A DNA stretch of 64,000 nucleotides from NCBI GenBank assembly GCA_013265495.1, contig MU059006.1, positions 186,001 to 250,000 of the forward strand. The letters run 5' to 3'. Source of the DNA: Vicugna vicugna (lineage: Eukaryota). The notes beneath the pieces were generated by a model, which saw only the letters and a list, made by a program, of their open reading frames with translations, had not been told where the DNA came from and did not search any database. Position numbers and translations under genes: made by a program. Positions 23,090-34,309 of this stretch are shown piece after piece; positions within the stretch are counted from its first letter, which is position 1; every line of letters begins with the position of its first letter.

Positions 23090-24750
23090 GTGTGGGGTCA
23101 GGGGCATTTCAGGATGAGAGAACAGCTGAGGGAAGGTCGGCTTGGGAGACAAGGAACACAGGCGAGAAGTGAGAAGGAAAACCAGGGTGCCAAGGGGAGA
23201 AGGTGCTGAGGAAAGTAAGGGGTGATGGTGGCGAGGGTAATTTGTGAGAGCCTTACGTGGGGATTACACCAGGGGCAGGGGCAGCGAGTAATGTCTTATG
23301 GACAGTAGAGTGCTGGGGTCACCTCTGGCAATAGAAAGATCACTCTGTTGTCTGTGAAAAGAGTTAGGTGGGTAAGAGCAGGCTGGGACGGAGTAGCAAG
23401 TGAAGGCAGAAGTCTGGATAAGAAGATGTCCACAAACCCTTCTACACTGTTGGTGGGAATGTAATTTGGTGCTACTATGGAAAACAGCATGGGATTCCTT
23501 AAAAAACTAAAAATAAACCTACCATATGATCCAGCAATCCCACTCCTGAGGATATATATCTGGAGGGAATTCTAATTCAAGAAGATACATGCACCCCAAT
23601 GCTCATAGCAGCCCCATTTACAATAGCCAAGACATGGAAGCAGCCTAAATGCCTATCGACAGATGATTAGATAAAGATGTGGTATATTTACACAATGGAA
23701 TATAATTCAGCCATAAAAAATAATGCCATTTGTGGCAATAAATATGGATGAGAGATCATCATACTAAGGGACGTAAGTCAGGCAGAGAAAGACAAATATC
23801 ATATGATATCACTTATATGTGGAATCCTTAAAAAATGACACAAATGAACTTATTTACAAAATAGAAACAGACTCAGAGACTTAGAAAATGAACTTATGGT
23901 TACCAAAGGGGGAAGCAGGGACGGCTAAATTAGGAATTTGGGATTCGCAGATACAAACTACTACATATTAACCAGATAAACAATGAGGTCGCACTGTATA
24001 GCACAGGGAAGTATATCCAATAGCTTGTAATAACCTATAATGAAAAAGAATATGAAAAGAAGGTATATATATATACATAATGTATACTGATTCGCCATGC
24101 TATACACCAAAAATAAACACATTATAAATCTGTAATACCTCAATTGAAAAAAAAATTTTGTCCACATACATAGTTGGGATCTCTGTGACCAGGACAGGTG
24201 CTAGGATTGGCTGGGTCATGAACCCAAACTGTTGGTACCACCCGAGGGCAGCCTCTCAGGCAGCAGCCCCCCGAGGCATAGGTGTGGCTGGGGCAGGACC
24301 CCTCCACAGGAAGGAGGGTGCTGTCTCGGGAAGAAAGGGACAAGCTGTGCCAGGCAGACAAGCAACAGAGGTCCACTGCAGGGGGCCCGGTTTCCTTGGG
24401 GATGTAGATGTCAGCTCATCCTCTGAGGAAAGGGGGGCTGGGCAGATGTGGAGCTGGAGGGGAGTGGAGAAGGTGTGAAAGAAGCTGAGAGAAGGAGAAA
24501 GATATTGAGGTGGGGGCTGGTGGGGTCAGGCAGTGAGCAGCCTGTGATGGTCATCAAATGGGATCCAGAGAAGTGGGTCTGGGAGACCCAGGGCAGTGCT
24601 GACAGGTGGCCTGAGAGAGGTCAGGTGCTGCTGGTTAGAGGCGGGCAGGGCGAGGGGAGATGGAGGCACAGTGGAACAGAGGCCAGGCCATCAGTTGGGG
24701 TGGAGGGCTCAAGCCAGAAGTCAAGGATAAAGGATGGGCTGGAGCAGTGA
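23090..24750 (-). mobile_element. L2 fragments split by a younger L1
   Basis: L2 antisense-like text on both sides of the L1 (AGAAAGATCACTCTG; GGGGATGTAGATGTCAGC). Boundaries approximate. Confidence 0.45.
23435..24155 (+). mobile_element. 5'-truncated cetartiodactyl-type L1 (ORF2 end plus 3' UTR)
   Basis: AACCCTTCTACACTGTTGGTGGGAATGTAA...CCATATGATCCAGCAATCCCACTCCTG...GACAAATATCATATGATATCACTTATATGTGGAATC...A9 tail. TSD core TGTCCACA at 23427-23434 and 24159-24166. Confidence 0.92.
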
Positions 24751-25199
24751 GGGAGAGGCACTCTGTCCTAGAGCTGTCTGGTCCCTGATAGGAGCAGCAG
24801 GCGCATTTGACCTCCAGCTCATGTCTCTTGGGGAGGTGGGGTTGGGGGATGGGGGACTGACCCACAGCTGTAGTCAGCAAAGGAGGAAGAGGTGGTGATG
24901 TCACTTGGGAATGACTCAGTCAGTGGAGTGGTGCACTGGCTGAGGGGGCCAGGCTCAGACGGGTCCCCCTGGAGATTCCCTTTCCTAAATGACCACAGGC
25001 CATGCTCAGGCCTGCTCCTTGTCTGCACCAAGTGAAGTCAGGGGGCAATTTGCAGGATCCTGCAGATGCTAACCTTCCCCTCCCACTTGCTCCATTTCTC
25101 CCCCGTGGGAAAAGCCCCCTCGTCTGAGGACAGCCCAGAAGCTGATGAGCACAGTCACTCAGCTTGGTTGCTCATTCAGCAGCCATTTACCAAGGCTGC

Positions 25200-25800
25200 T
25201 GCTTTAGTTTGCTACTGCTGCGTAACAAATTCCTACAAATTCAGTAGCTTAAAATAGCACATATGTGTTATCTCACAGCTTTCACGGCGCAGGAGTCTAG
25301 GGCAGCTTAGCTGGGTCCTCCCATCAGGCTACCGTGTTGGTGGTGTCAGGGCTGTAGTCCTTTCTGGAGGTTGAGTTCCTCTTCTCAGCTCATTGTGGTT
25401 GGAGAACTGAGGGCCCCAATTTCTTGCTGGCTTTCAGCTGGGGTGCTCCCAGCTCCTAGAGGCCCCTGCAGTCCCTCAGACCCTCTGACAGCAGGCAGTC
25501 TGCTTCTTCAAGGCCAGCAAGAGGCTTTCTCTCCATGAAGAGCCCAGGTCTCCTTTTAAGGCCTTTTGCCTGCCTAAGTCAGGCTCACTCAGGACCAGCT
25601 CCCTTTTGATTACCAGAAAATCAACTGATTTGGAGCCTTGGTTACATGTGCAAAATCCCTTCAACTTTGCCACAGAAGGTAAGCTAATTATAGGAGTGAC
25701 AGGCAAAGAAAGACCTTGCTCCCACTTAAAGGGCGGAATTATAACAGACACGCGCCCTAGGGGTGGGGTTCGGGACTGTCTTAGAATTCTGCCCACGACA
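25200..25800 (-). mobile_element. MaLR LTR (MLT1D/E-like)
   Basis: TTAGTTTGCTACTGCTGCGTAACAAAT...TATCTCACAGCTTTC...CTTCTTCAAGGCCAGCAA...TCAACTGATTTGG...GCAAAATCCCTTCA...TTAGAATTCTGCCCACGACA. Confidence 0.8.
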
Positions 25801-26059
25801 CCTACCCTCTGGGGCTGGAGTTACAACGGGGAGTAAGAGAAAGACCTGGCACTCAGGATCCTTGTGGGCCAGCTGTAGGCAGATCATTACACATGGTGAG
25901 ACACATTTTATAAGAAGGAGTATCTCTGCTTAATGCAGGGCCAGGGGGCTTCACAAAGAAGTGAGTTGTGGGGCTGGTTCCTGCGGGCTGTCTACTCACT
26001 TGATGCAGAGGAGGGGCCCTCCAGGCAGGAGAAATCGCAAGGGGAGGTGTTACCATCCT

Positions 26060-26470
26060 TCAGTTAACTACCCTCATGGCTCCTACCCAAGTACCCTTTA
26101 CTTAGGATTTTTTTCTTTAAACCAACTCACTCTTATTTTTACTTACATTTATCTTAAACAGAACATTTACATCTCTAGGGTAAATAGAAAACCAGCATTC
26201 CTTGTTATAAATAGAAGTTAACCATAAAAAGATCTCAACCTGTGGATGGCCTTAGGGAAAGAAATACACATGCCAGTAAATGTATGCCAATGCCTGGCCC
26301 ACACGAATGCAGACTCCTAAGTCCTTGGACGAGATGGAAAAGAACACGTCACCAGATCAAAGGCTACACACCACGTATGGAGGCCATGTCAATCCGCTCT
26401 GGCTAAGGGATCACATGTGACACCGATCCTGCCGTTGAGATGGTTGATACCACACTTGGTTGAGTTTGCA
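26060..26470. mobile_element. hAT-Charlie-type DNA transposon fragment (MER113-like)
   Basis: TTTTTCTTTAAACCAACTCAC...GTAAATAGAAAACCAGCATTCCTTGTTATAAATAGAAGTTAACCATAAAAA and terminal-like GATACCACACTTGG. Confidence 0.4.
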
Positions 26471-26689
26471 GTCACCCACTGCACTTCTGTCTGGCTCTGT
26501 AGGGGCCAGACTTTATATTTTTAAGGATGTATAATCTGCCAGTCACTGGGACAGAACACTGATTTTGACTTTTCATTCTGGCTGGAGCAGGAGTGAGGAA
26601 ACAATTTCAGAGCCTTCTACTTGAACTTTCTTATTGTGGTTCCTCTTACCCTGCAAGCTCTGACTTGCCTTCCCCATCCTCGCGTTTTT

Positions 26690-28580
26690 CACCCTGCAGG
26701 CTAAGCGGCCAATGCAGACATTCTGGCTCCCAAAAATGTTGACTCCGGCTACACATTTGAGGTTTGGAGAAATGGCTACTGGATAAGACCATGGGCTCAG
26801 TAAGCTGGGCCTGGACCCGGATCCACTTATTGCCTGGCCCTCATAAAATTCTACTCTATTGGGTGGTTAACGATGCTTTGGGTACCCAGTATCAATGTCA
26901 TCTTGGATCCTGTGTCCAACTATCCTTGAAGCATCTGGATGTTCCCCTTTGCCCAGGTATTGTTGTTCTCTGAGTAAATGGCCCTGGGTCCCTCTGGGGG
27001 AAGGATGGGGAATCATCGCCACTTATCTTTGCTGTGCTATTGCGGGCTTCTTCCTCCTGGGGACCCTGCCTCTCTCGTCAGTGGGTCCCAGCCCTAAAAA
27101 CTGGCTCAGGTTCAGAAATTGGGCAAGAAAGTTGGGGTGGCTTCCCTCAGCCTCATCCATCCATCTCTGATCTCATTTTGATTGTACAAATTGAGCAATA
27201 CTCTCGCTGGCTGCCCGTCTATCTTGTCCCCTGGGGATTCCGTGTTCTATTAAGCACCGTAGCCTCGTGTGAGTCAGGCATCCTGGCTGAAATCCAGCTG
27301 TGCCTCTTTTGATAATTGTGTTCACCTTGATTTGGACAGCCAAGCGCTCCGTTATTCTGGGATCCTTTTATCCCACTTCTGCTAAGGATCCCAGTTCAGT
27401 AGTAACATCGCCTACCGCGAGCTACCCACAGAGAGCAGCCATCATTGACTTTTTCATGATGCTGGTGCCCCAATCACCATTGAATTCCTTGTCACTTTGA
27501 AAAACGGAGAGTCCTCTGAGCCCTTCCATGGAACACATAGGCTATTGGTTTTCCGGTCCCAGATACTACTCCCACTCCAGCACGTCTCGTTCTCTGAACT
27601 TTTAATCCATTCCTCTGTCTTTTTATCCATCACAGCAGTTTTGGCATTAATATTTCACTTAGTGCAGATCGCTGCTTTTTTCAACCATCCAAAAGTCAGC
27701 CTATATTAGCCCCATCTCCTGGGGCCCTTGCCTTGGTGTAAACTCTGTATTATGGGACAATGCTTCTGTTTGCTGGACTCTCCCTTATCCAGTGCTATAT
27801 CCCAGCCCCCTCAGGATCTGGTCCCAATCACGATCAACCATGGCCAGCTCGTGCGGGTTGACTCTGTGCTAAGACACACCAAACTTCAGAACGCTCCCCC
27901 TTAGTGGGTCCAACACGCACCTGCTTGGGTTACATGGTGCCATGACCTCAGTTTTCATCTGGAAGCCAGGAAGGGAGGTATGGATAGATCATGAGAGGGA
28001 CATATGTTACAGCTGCCTCATCTTCAAGCAAGCAGGTTGTGGGCCATTCTCCAGACCCAGAGCATGTAGGCAGGTAAGAAGTTTTAAGGTTCTCAGTGCA
28101 TCAACCAAGGTGTCCTGATTCCACTCCTTCCCAACCGGGGCCCTGACTTGGGCATAACAGACTTGCTGAGGTTGAGAATTCAACCATCACCGGAGCTCTG
28201 CTACCTTCAAATTTAAGTCCTGGGCCTGGCATTCAGCTGCACCCACTGCAAGAGATGAGGATTTCTTTACATGCTGCCAAGAAAGCCCTCTGATTTGCAC
28301 ACTTTGCCCTAAATTAGTGATTAGCCATCCTCAACCTTTCATTATCTTTCTCCCATGACTCCGTCTCACTCAGCAAGAGTCAACCACTTCCACTTTCTTT
28401 ATGAGGATCCCTTCTTCCCCTGAATCTTTACTATCAGGGATGTTGAACCCCCCAGTTCATGTCAAGGACTAGGCAGACTGCAGTGACACAAGTCACCGAG
28501 TCCTCTTTGCCACTGGGCAGTAGGTGAGTCAGACTCCGGGTCCCATCTCTGAGCCCACTTTCTGACATCACTCCTGGCCC
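26690..28580 (-). mobile_element. Class III ERV (ERVL, ERV3-16A3-like) internal region: gag and protease remnants
   Basis: Minus-strand translation gives gag-like QAQDLNLKVAELR*WLNSQPQQVCYAQVRAPVGKEWN (28228-28118), protease LQG*LDTGSKMTLILG (26931-26884) and YPVAISPNLKCVAGVNIFGS (from 26785). Multiple stops and frameshifts. Confidence 0.8.
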
Positions 28581-28963
28581 CGACTATCTTAGGTCAGCTG
28601 TCCTAGGAAACGGACGCTCGGGTGAAAACACGCGTACAGAGGTCTACGGGCGAGCGCTTGTAGGAACCAAGCTGAATGCAATGCAGCTGTAACAGGGGCG
28701 TGAGCAGAGCCAGGGGAGAGTTCTGGAGCCAGAAGTTCCTGCAGAACAGTCCTGCCTTGGGGGCAAGGCCCCCTTCGGGGCCTCAACACTGCATTTGGGC
28801 TGTCCCCAGGCAGGGGTGGGGGACAGCTTTGGATAAGGCAATTCCTGGGGGGCAGGGGAGACTCAGCTGGAAGCCAACACCAGAGAACTGTCCTGGCAGC
28901 TGAGGGAATGAGAGCTTGGGTCCTGGAAGAGGGCATTGGGTGATGCGCTACAGTCTGTCTGTA
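28581..28963 (-). mobile_element. LTR16A-like 5' LTR of the ERVL fragment
   Basis: GACTATCTTAGGTCAGC...GCAATGCAGCTGTAACAG...GGGGAGAGTTCTGGAGC...GGGCAATTCC-like...GACTCAGCTG...CAGCTGAGGGAATGAG matches antisense LTR16A. Directly abuts the internal region at a degenerate PBS (GGGCCAGGAG on the minus strand). Confidence 0.75.
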
Positions 28964-30134
28964 GGAAAGCGCTGTGGGACGAGGCTGGGATGTGCACTGA
29001 CAGAGAACGTGGACCTTTCTGAATTCTGGGGCATGAGGGGACTGGCAGAAGAAGAGAGACTGGAGAGAGGCTCTAGCAAGACAGACAGCGACCAATGAGA
29101 CAGATGATGAGGCTTGAATGGCAGCACAAGGATGTCAGGCTTTGTCCCTTCTGCAAAGGTTTTGCAGAAGATTATTTGGGGGCTGTAAGGAGATTGTGCT
29201 GCCTCTAAGGGGTCCTGATTTCTGAAGTGTCCCTTTGGCCATCTCCCCTGCTGACTTCTAACTGGCTTGCTCTGGCCAACTCACACACACCCCGACCCCC
29301 TCCCTCCAATCGGCTCCCTTCAAATTGTCCCTCCCCACAGCGCAGCATTCATGCATCAGCTCTAAATAGTCCCACTGTTCAGCTTTAACGAGAAGTAATA
29401 CCAATTCCCATGTTTGCTTAGAGAGCACCATATTTCATCACACCAGAGCCCATGCCGGCTCAGATTACTGGCCAAGACAATGTTCTGTAATCCTGGTTTA
29501 TTCACATGTCACGGGTATTTTAGCAAAACAGAAATGAATGGCCCGAGCCACCCTAGGAAGTCACGGGAGAGTTGGGTTCCCGCCCAGGGGAAGTCACGCT
29601 TTCTTCTGCCACAGTTCTCCGAGGAGCTGACTTGGAATCTCTGAGATTTTTCCCAACTTTCAGAAAGAGAATATGGGCTGAGGAGGAGTCGCAAAGTGGG
29701 TAGTTATTTCCCTATAAAATGTTAACTCCGTGGAGAGATTTTGCCAGAGCAAAAATACAATCTGTCATTGATTATAAAGTCTTTTGTGCTTGTTATTTTA
29801 CAGATTTATGACACTCGGGCCTGGCGGCCTGGAGGAGGCCCTGGGATTCTTGTCTCTAGCGCCCAGCAAACCCTGCAGCCGCTTTTTCACAGCTCATGCC
29901 CCAAATGGGAAGAGGGATTTGCCTGCATTTCTTTTGTCCTCGGGGCCATGAGTTTAGGAAATCTACACGAAGATGCGTGAATCATCTGCCGTCTTTGGAC
30001 AGGGACCCACAGATACTGATGATGAAGGCGCAGTAGGAGAGGTCCAGGACTTCCTCAACAAGAAAACAGCCTTTCCTCTTCCTTGTCTTTTCAGCTCTTG
30101 GCACAGTGCACTCAGAAATGCATTTCCTCTGCAG

Positions 30135-30137
<3 letters not shown>

Positions 30138-30173
<36 letters not shown>
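30138..30173. repeat. A36 mononucleotide tract
   Basis: 36 consecutive A with no adjacent retroelement body recognised. Confidence 0.97.
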
Positions 30174-30174
<1 letters not shown>

Positions 30175-32246
30175 CGCCAGGCTGAACCTCTCACCAAATC
30201 TCCCAGAGTCTGGATCCACTTTAAACAGGCTCCAACCTCTTTCAAACACAAGATACATAAAAACAGTAGTTAACCAGGATCAATGTTATTTAGTTCCATC
30301 TCATGTTAAAACCTTACCAACGATCCTCCTAATAGCCTACTCTTGTCCCCCTTCAGAGTTGAAGGAATCAAAGCCCAGAGAAGTCAAGTAATTTGCCTGA
30401 GGCTGTACAGCTAGGGAGGAGTGAAAACAGGGACATGAACTTCATCCCAATTGACTCCAAAAGGCCCTGGAGATACTCTCATTTCCAGGAACGAGTTGAC
30501 AGAAGGCCACAGACCGGGGCCTAGTGCGTTGGAGCTGAAAACAGCCAGGAAGTCAGCCTTCTCGTTGAAACGGGAGGTGGCCGGGGTTCCAAAGAGATGC
30601 TGCGGCCGGCCCAGGGAGAGAGAGCCAGTGAGAGCCACAGACCAACTCTACCACAAGGTAACCAGACAGCATCATGAAACAACTGCTCAGGAATGTTTCC
30701 TTTGGGGATTACTTGGGGCAAGGTGCCGGATGAAACCAAATGAAGCTTGCTTCTCAGACTATCCAGGGTGTGATTTCTCCCTCACTCAGGTGTAGAGTTT
30801 TGTAACCACGGAGCTTCTTTATTTCTTCTTCAGGGTTTTCTGAGCCTAGGGAAACCCTGCTATCCTCAGACCATGTGGCAGGTAAGCCGAGAAGACTAAG
30901 GACCCCCAAATAACCTCTCAGAGAGAGGTTGAGCACTTTCCATCCCTGACAGCATGTTCAAAAGCTCAGAGCCCCAGTAAAAGTAGCATCGGACACTCCG
31001 GGACTCCGGGATAATTTTAGTGAGAAGCTGTGAGAAATCACAGCTCTCGGGGCTGGAATCCACCATGCGACATCTCAACTCCCATTCTGAGCCGCAGCCT
31101 GGGCTATTAAAAACAAAACATTCTCATTGGCAAGCTCCGCGGTTAGCCTCATTTCCACGCTAGGAACTCTGTTCTGCATGAGCTGATGTTGCACAGCGAT
31201 TGTTTCTTGTCTCAGCGATGCTGTTTGCAGGCCTTGCTGGGAGCCAGCAAGGATGTGACCCGGTGGTAATCTGAATTGCTTCACCAAACACATTTTTATC
31301 CCATCATCTCGGCTACATGAAAGGGAGCCATAGCGCTCCAGTGTTCAGGAGTTTACAGTCCTGCTGTTCAGCAATAAAACGAGGCAAGAAATATTAGCCA
31401 TCCTCGGCTGATGCCTTCATTCTTTCCCAACAATGTCAGAGAATCTGTACCCTACAGGTTTTAGTGCCGGCTAAAGCCTGACCCTCGGGCTGGCTTGAAT
31501 GGAGCGGGAATGAGTTAAGGAGAGCAAGGAGGCTTTAATGGACACAGATCCCGAATAGCCCAGCTTGGCCCGGCCTCCTGCGGACTCACCCTCCTTTTCA
31601 CAGGCCTCGATTGTGTATGGCCCCAGCAGAGACAAAACTACCCATGAGCAGAGGTTACCCCCAGCCGGTACAGGTCAGAGGCATTCTGGGGGAGAAGGGG
31701 AGAGGGGGGCAGAGGGGAAGTGAGGGGCACACGGAGCAGGAGGGAAGTGGGGGCAGGGGGAGGGAGCAGTAAAAGTTAGTGTGAATCATTTACGAGGAGA
31801 GATTCATCAAGTCCAAGACTGTGACTGGTCCTCTCACCTCCAGGCCAACCCTTTTCGAAAACTGCTTCACGGAACAAATGGGAGATGGGCTAATGGGAGG
31901 TTGAATGCGATGTGCGCTAATTGTCAAAAGAAGGAAAATGTTTCCCTATCGTCTTCCAACAAAGCTACAGGCCTGAGGTTCCGAAGCTCTCAACAGGATG
32001 ACCTCTCATTTGACACAGCAAGATTTTGAAAAATTACAAATGGGTGGTTTTACCACCATCTTTTCAGCAGTTTTTCAATTATAGCATTGTAAGCCCTCCA
32101 AGCAAAGTCATGATTTGTGCTTGAAGAGCCCAGAGTTACCAACAAAGGGAAGAGCATGCTTGCAAGTTTGAAGATAATAATGTAGCATAGACATCTTGGA
32201 CTTCGCTGGAAAAATGCAGGTTTGGAGATGTCCTTTCCTTCCCTCA

Positions 32247-32703
32247 GAGAGGTTCCTAAACCGTTTGTGTGGGCCTTGAACCCCTGACACAGTCTGAGGA
32301 AACCCTAGACCCTTTCTCAAAAGAATATTCTTAATATGCGGGATTATAGAGGAAGCTGATGACATTAAACTAGTTACCAAAATGTTTTTTAAAACAGCTT
32401 TGCAACATAGTGATACATGTGCCTTTTAATTAATTCGCTAAATAACTAGCAGCAGGCTTAAGTACTTGAATTTCAGAATAGTGATGAGCAAGAATGATAT
32501 TTTCAAGAAGTCTGAAACATGATAGGAAAGTGTGATATGAAAGTATCTGTGGGTAGTGGCTATCACTGTAGTTTGATTACTTATGTTTCTAATATTATGG
32601 AACGCTAAGTTTCTGGCACAGGTTAGCAAAAATAAAGATGTCATTTTTCCCCATCCAAATTCACAGCCGCCCTGGAATTCTATCCATAGACAAGAAACCT
32701 TGC
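32247..32703. mobile_element. Charlie4a-like hAT DNA transposon
   Basis: GGTTCCTAAAC...GACCCTTTCTCA...GGATTATAGAGGAAGC...TAGTGATGAGCAAGAATGATATTTT...GGTTAGCAAAAATAAAGATGTCATTTTTCCCCATCCAAATTCAC. Confidence 0.65.
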
Positions 32704-33199
32704 CCCCAGACTAAACTGAGGGGTGGTGAGCCAGGGGTTCATCACAGCCTCACTTCATTGTGAAACCTTCTTAGGAATACTAAGCTTTTCCTTCTCCTAT
32801 CCTGAAGCTTTGGAAATGGTTTTGTAAAACAATTTGAAACCGTGTCCGTTTTTCGCGACAACCCTGCTGGCCACCTGTCCAAAGATTAATAAGCACCTTT
32901 GATGTGTTTCTTCAATAACTGGAATCATTGTCACCAAATAAAGGGTCTGTTGATAGACTAATTCTGAATTTTAATCGAGATCTTTTTCCTTTAATCAGGA
33001 TCGCCCTGAGTTGGTTGAGCTTTGGTGTTAGGGTTTTTCTTTTCAAAGGCTGCCCAGGGAGAGTTCGTGTTCCCCTCGCGCTTGCATTTTGGACACACAC
33101 TGGCTCAGAGACAACTGGGCGCACACACATCCCCCCATCGGGTCCTCACGGGGGAGCTGTCATCTCACAACCACATAGTCATCACATGCCATTGCAGGG

Positions 33200-34230
33200 G
33201 CAACCCGGCAGGAGGGCCCCCCTCTAAACGCCGCCCAGCCCCCGCGCTGTCCCGCCAGGCTGAGGCGCCGACACACAGGAGCCGGGCCGGGTCCGGGTCT
33301 CCGGCTCTCCGCAGGGGAGCCGGGAGCGCGCTGGCCCACGCCCACGCCCACGCCCCCCACACGCCCGGGTCAACACTCGGGCGCACACCCCTGCGCGCGC
33401 ACGCCGCCACACTCGGGCGCACGCACACCGCGGCCCGGCCAGGGACAGCCGTGACGGCGGCGGCCCGGAGTGGTCCGGGGCGCGCAGCCGGGTTCTCCCC
33501 GAGGGCGCCGCCGGCCGCCCCGCCCCGCCCCGCCCCGCCCCTCGAACCCGCCGAGCCGGGCGCGCCTGGGGCTGCAAAGTTTGGCTGCGAGTCCGCCGAG
33601 GCAGCGCGCCGGCTTGGGCTCAGCGAGGCTCTGCGAGGCTCCGGGCGGCTCCGGGCGGCTCCGTGACCGTCGTCCGGGGGCTCGGGCGGCGCGGACAGAC
33701 CGTGCGCTTGGCTGTGCGCCCCACTCTGCCCCGCGCCCCGCGCGGATCTCCGCACTTCACGCCTCTGGCTCCCCGAGCGGGCCCGCGCGCCCTCCGGCCC
33801 CGGGGTCTGTTCTCAGCCTCCTGTGCGCCCTCGCTGTCCCTCCTCCTCCTCCCCGGCTCCGGCCCCTTCGTCGCCGCCACCCATCATGGCCCTTGGCCCG
33901 GCTCGGACCAGCCCGGGATCGGGGTCCCGACTGCTGCCGCTGCTGCCGCTGCTTCTGCTGCTGCTCCGGGACGCGGGCGGCAGCCACACGGCTCCCGCCA
34001 GGTCCGCCCCGCCAGCGGCCGCCGACGGTCTGATGGGGGACAAGGACCCGCAGCGGTCCCCGGGGGACGTGGCCGCCGCTCTGGGCCCCGGCGCCCAGGA
34101 CATGGTCGCTGTCCACATGCTCCGGCTTTATGAGAAATACAGCCGAAGGGGCGCGCGGCCGGGAGGGGGAAACACGGTCCGCAGCTTCAGGGCCCGGCTG
34201 GGTAAGTCGAGGGGGCCCCAGGGCCCCTTC
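33200..34230 (+). promoter_or_regulatory. GDF10: GDF10 CpG island: promoter, 5' UTR and exon 1
   Basis: Very high GC and CpG density. (CCCACG)3 with two overlapping EGR1 sites, (GCCCC)5 Sp boxes, TGCGCGCGCA. No upstream ATG seen between 33200 and the strong-Kozak ATG (ATCATGG) at 33886. Confidence 0.9.
33886..34201 (+). CDS. GDF10: GDF10 (BMP3B) coding exon 1: signal peptide and prodomain N-terminus (316 nt, ends phase 1)
   Basis: MALGPART...LLPLLPLLLLLLRDAGG...DMVAVHMLRLYEKYSRRGARPGGGNTVRSFRARL is the GDF10 N-terminus. Donor G|GTAAGT at 34202. Confidence 0.97.
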
Positions 34231-34309
34231 TCTTCATCCTCCCTGGTCCTCACTTGTCTATGCTCCCACCCCTTCACCTCCGTTTTCCTCTTCCTTCTAG
34301 TCTTTGACT

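Noticed and set aside
21590-30100. Strong-looking intergenic splice acceptors (e.g. TTTTTCAG at 21603-21610, TTATTTTACAG near 29800) as lncRNA exons
   Set aside because: No matching donors or consistent exon chain could be built from sequence alone.
33823-33885. GTG-initiated 21-aa N-terminal extension of GDF10
   Set aside because: The ATG at 33886 has a strong Kozak context and directly precedes the signal peptide; no support for the near-cognate start.
33022-34133. Long overlapping ORFs (214, 196, 187, 156 aa) around the GDF10 promoter
   Set aside because: Non-ATG starts, Arg/Pro/Ala/Gly-rich; artefacts of stop-codon scarcity in a CpG island.
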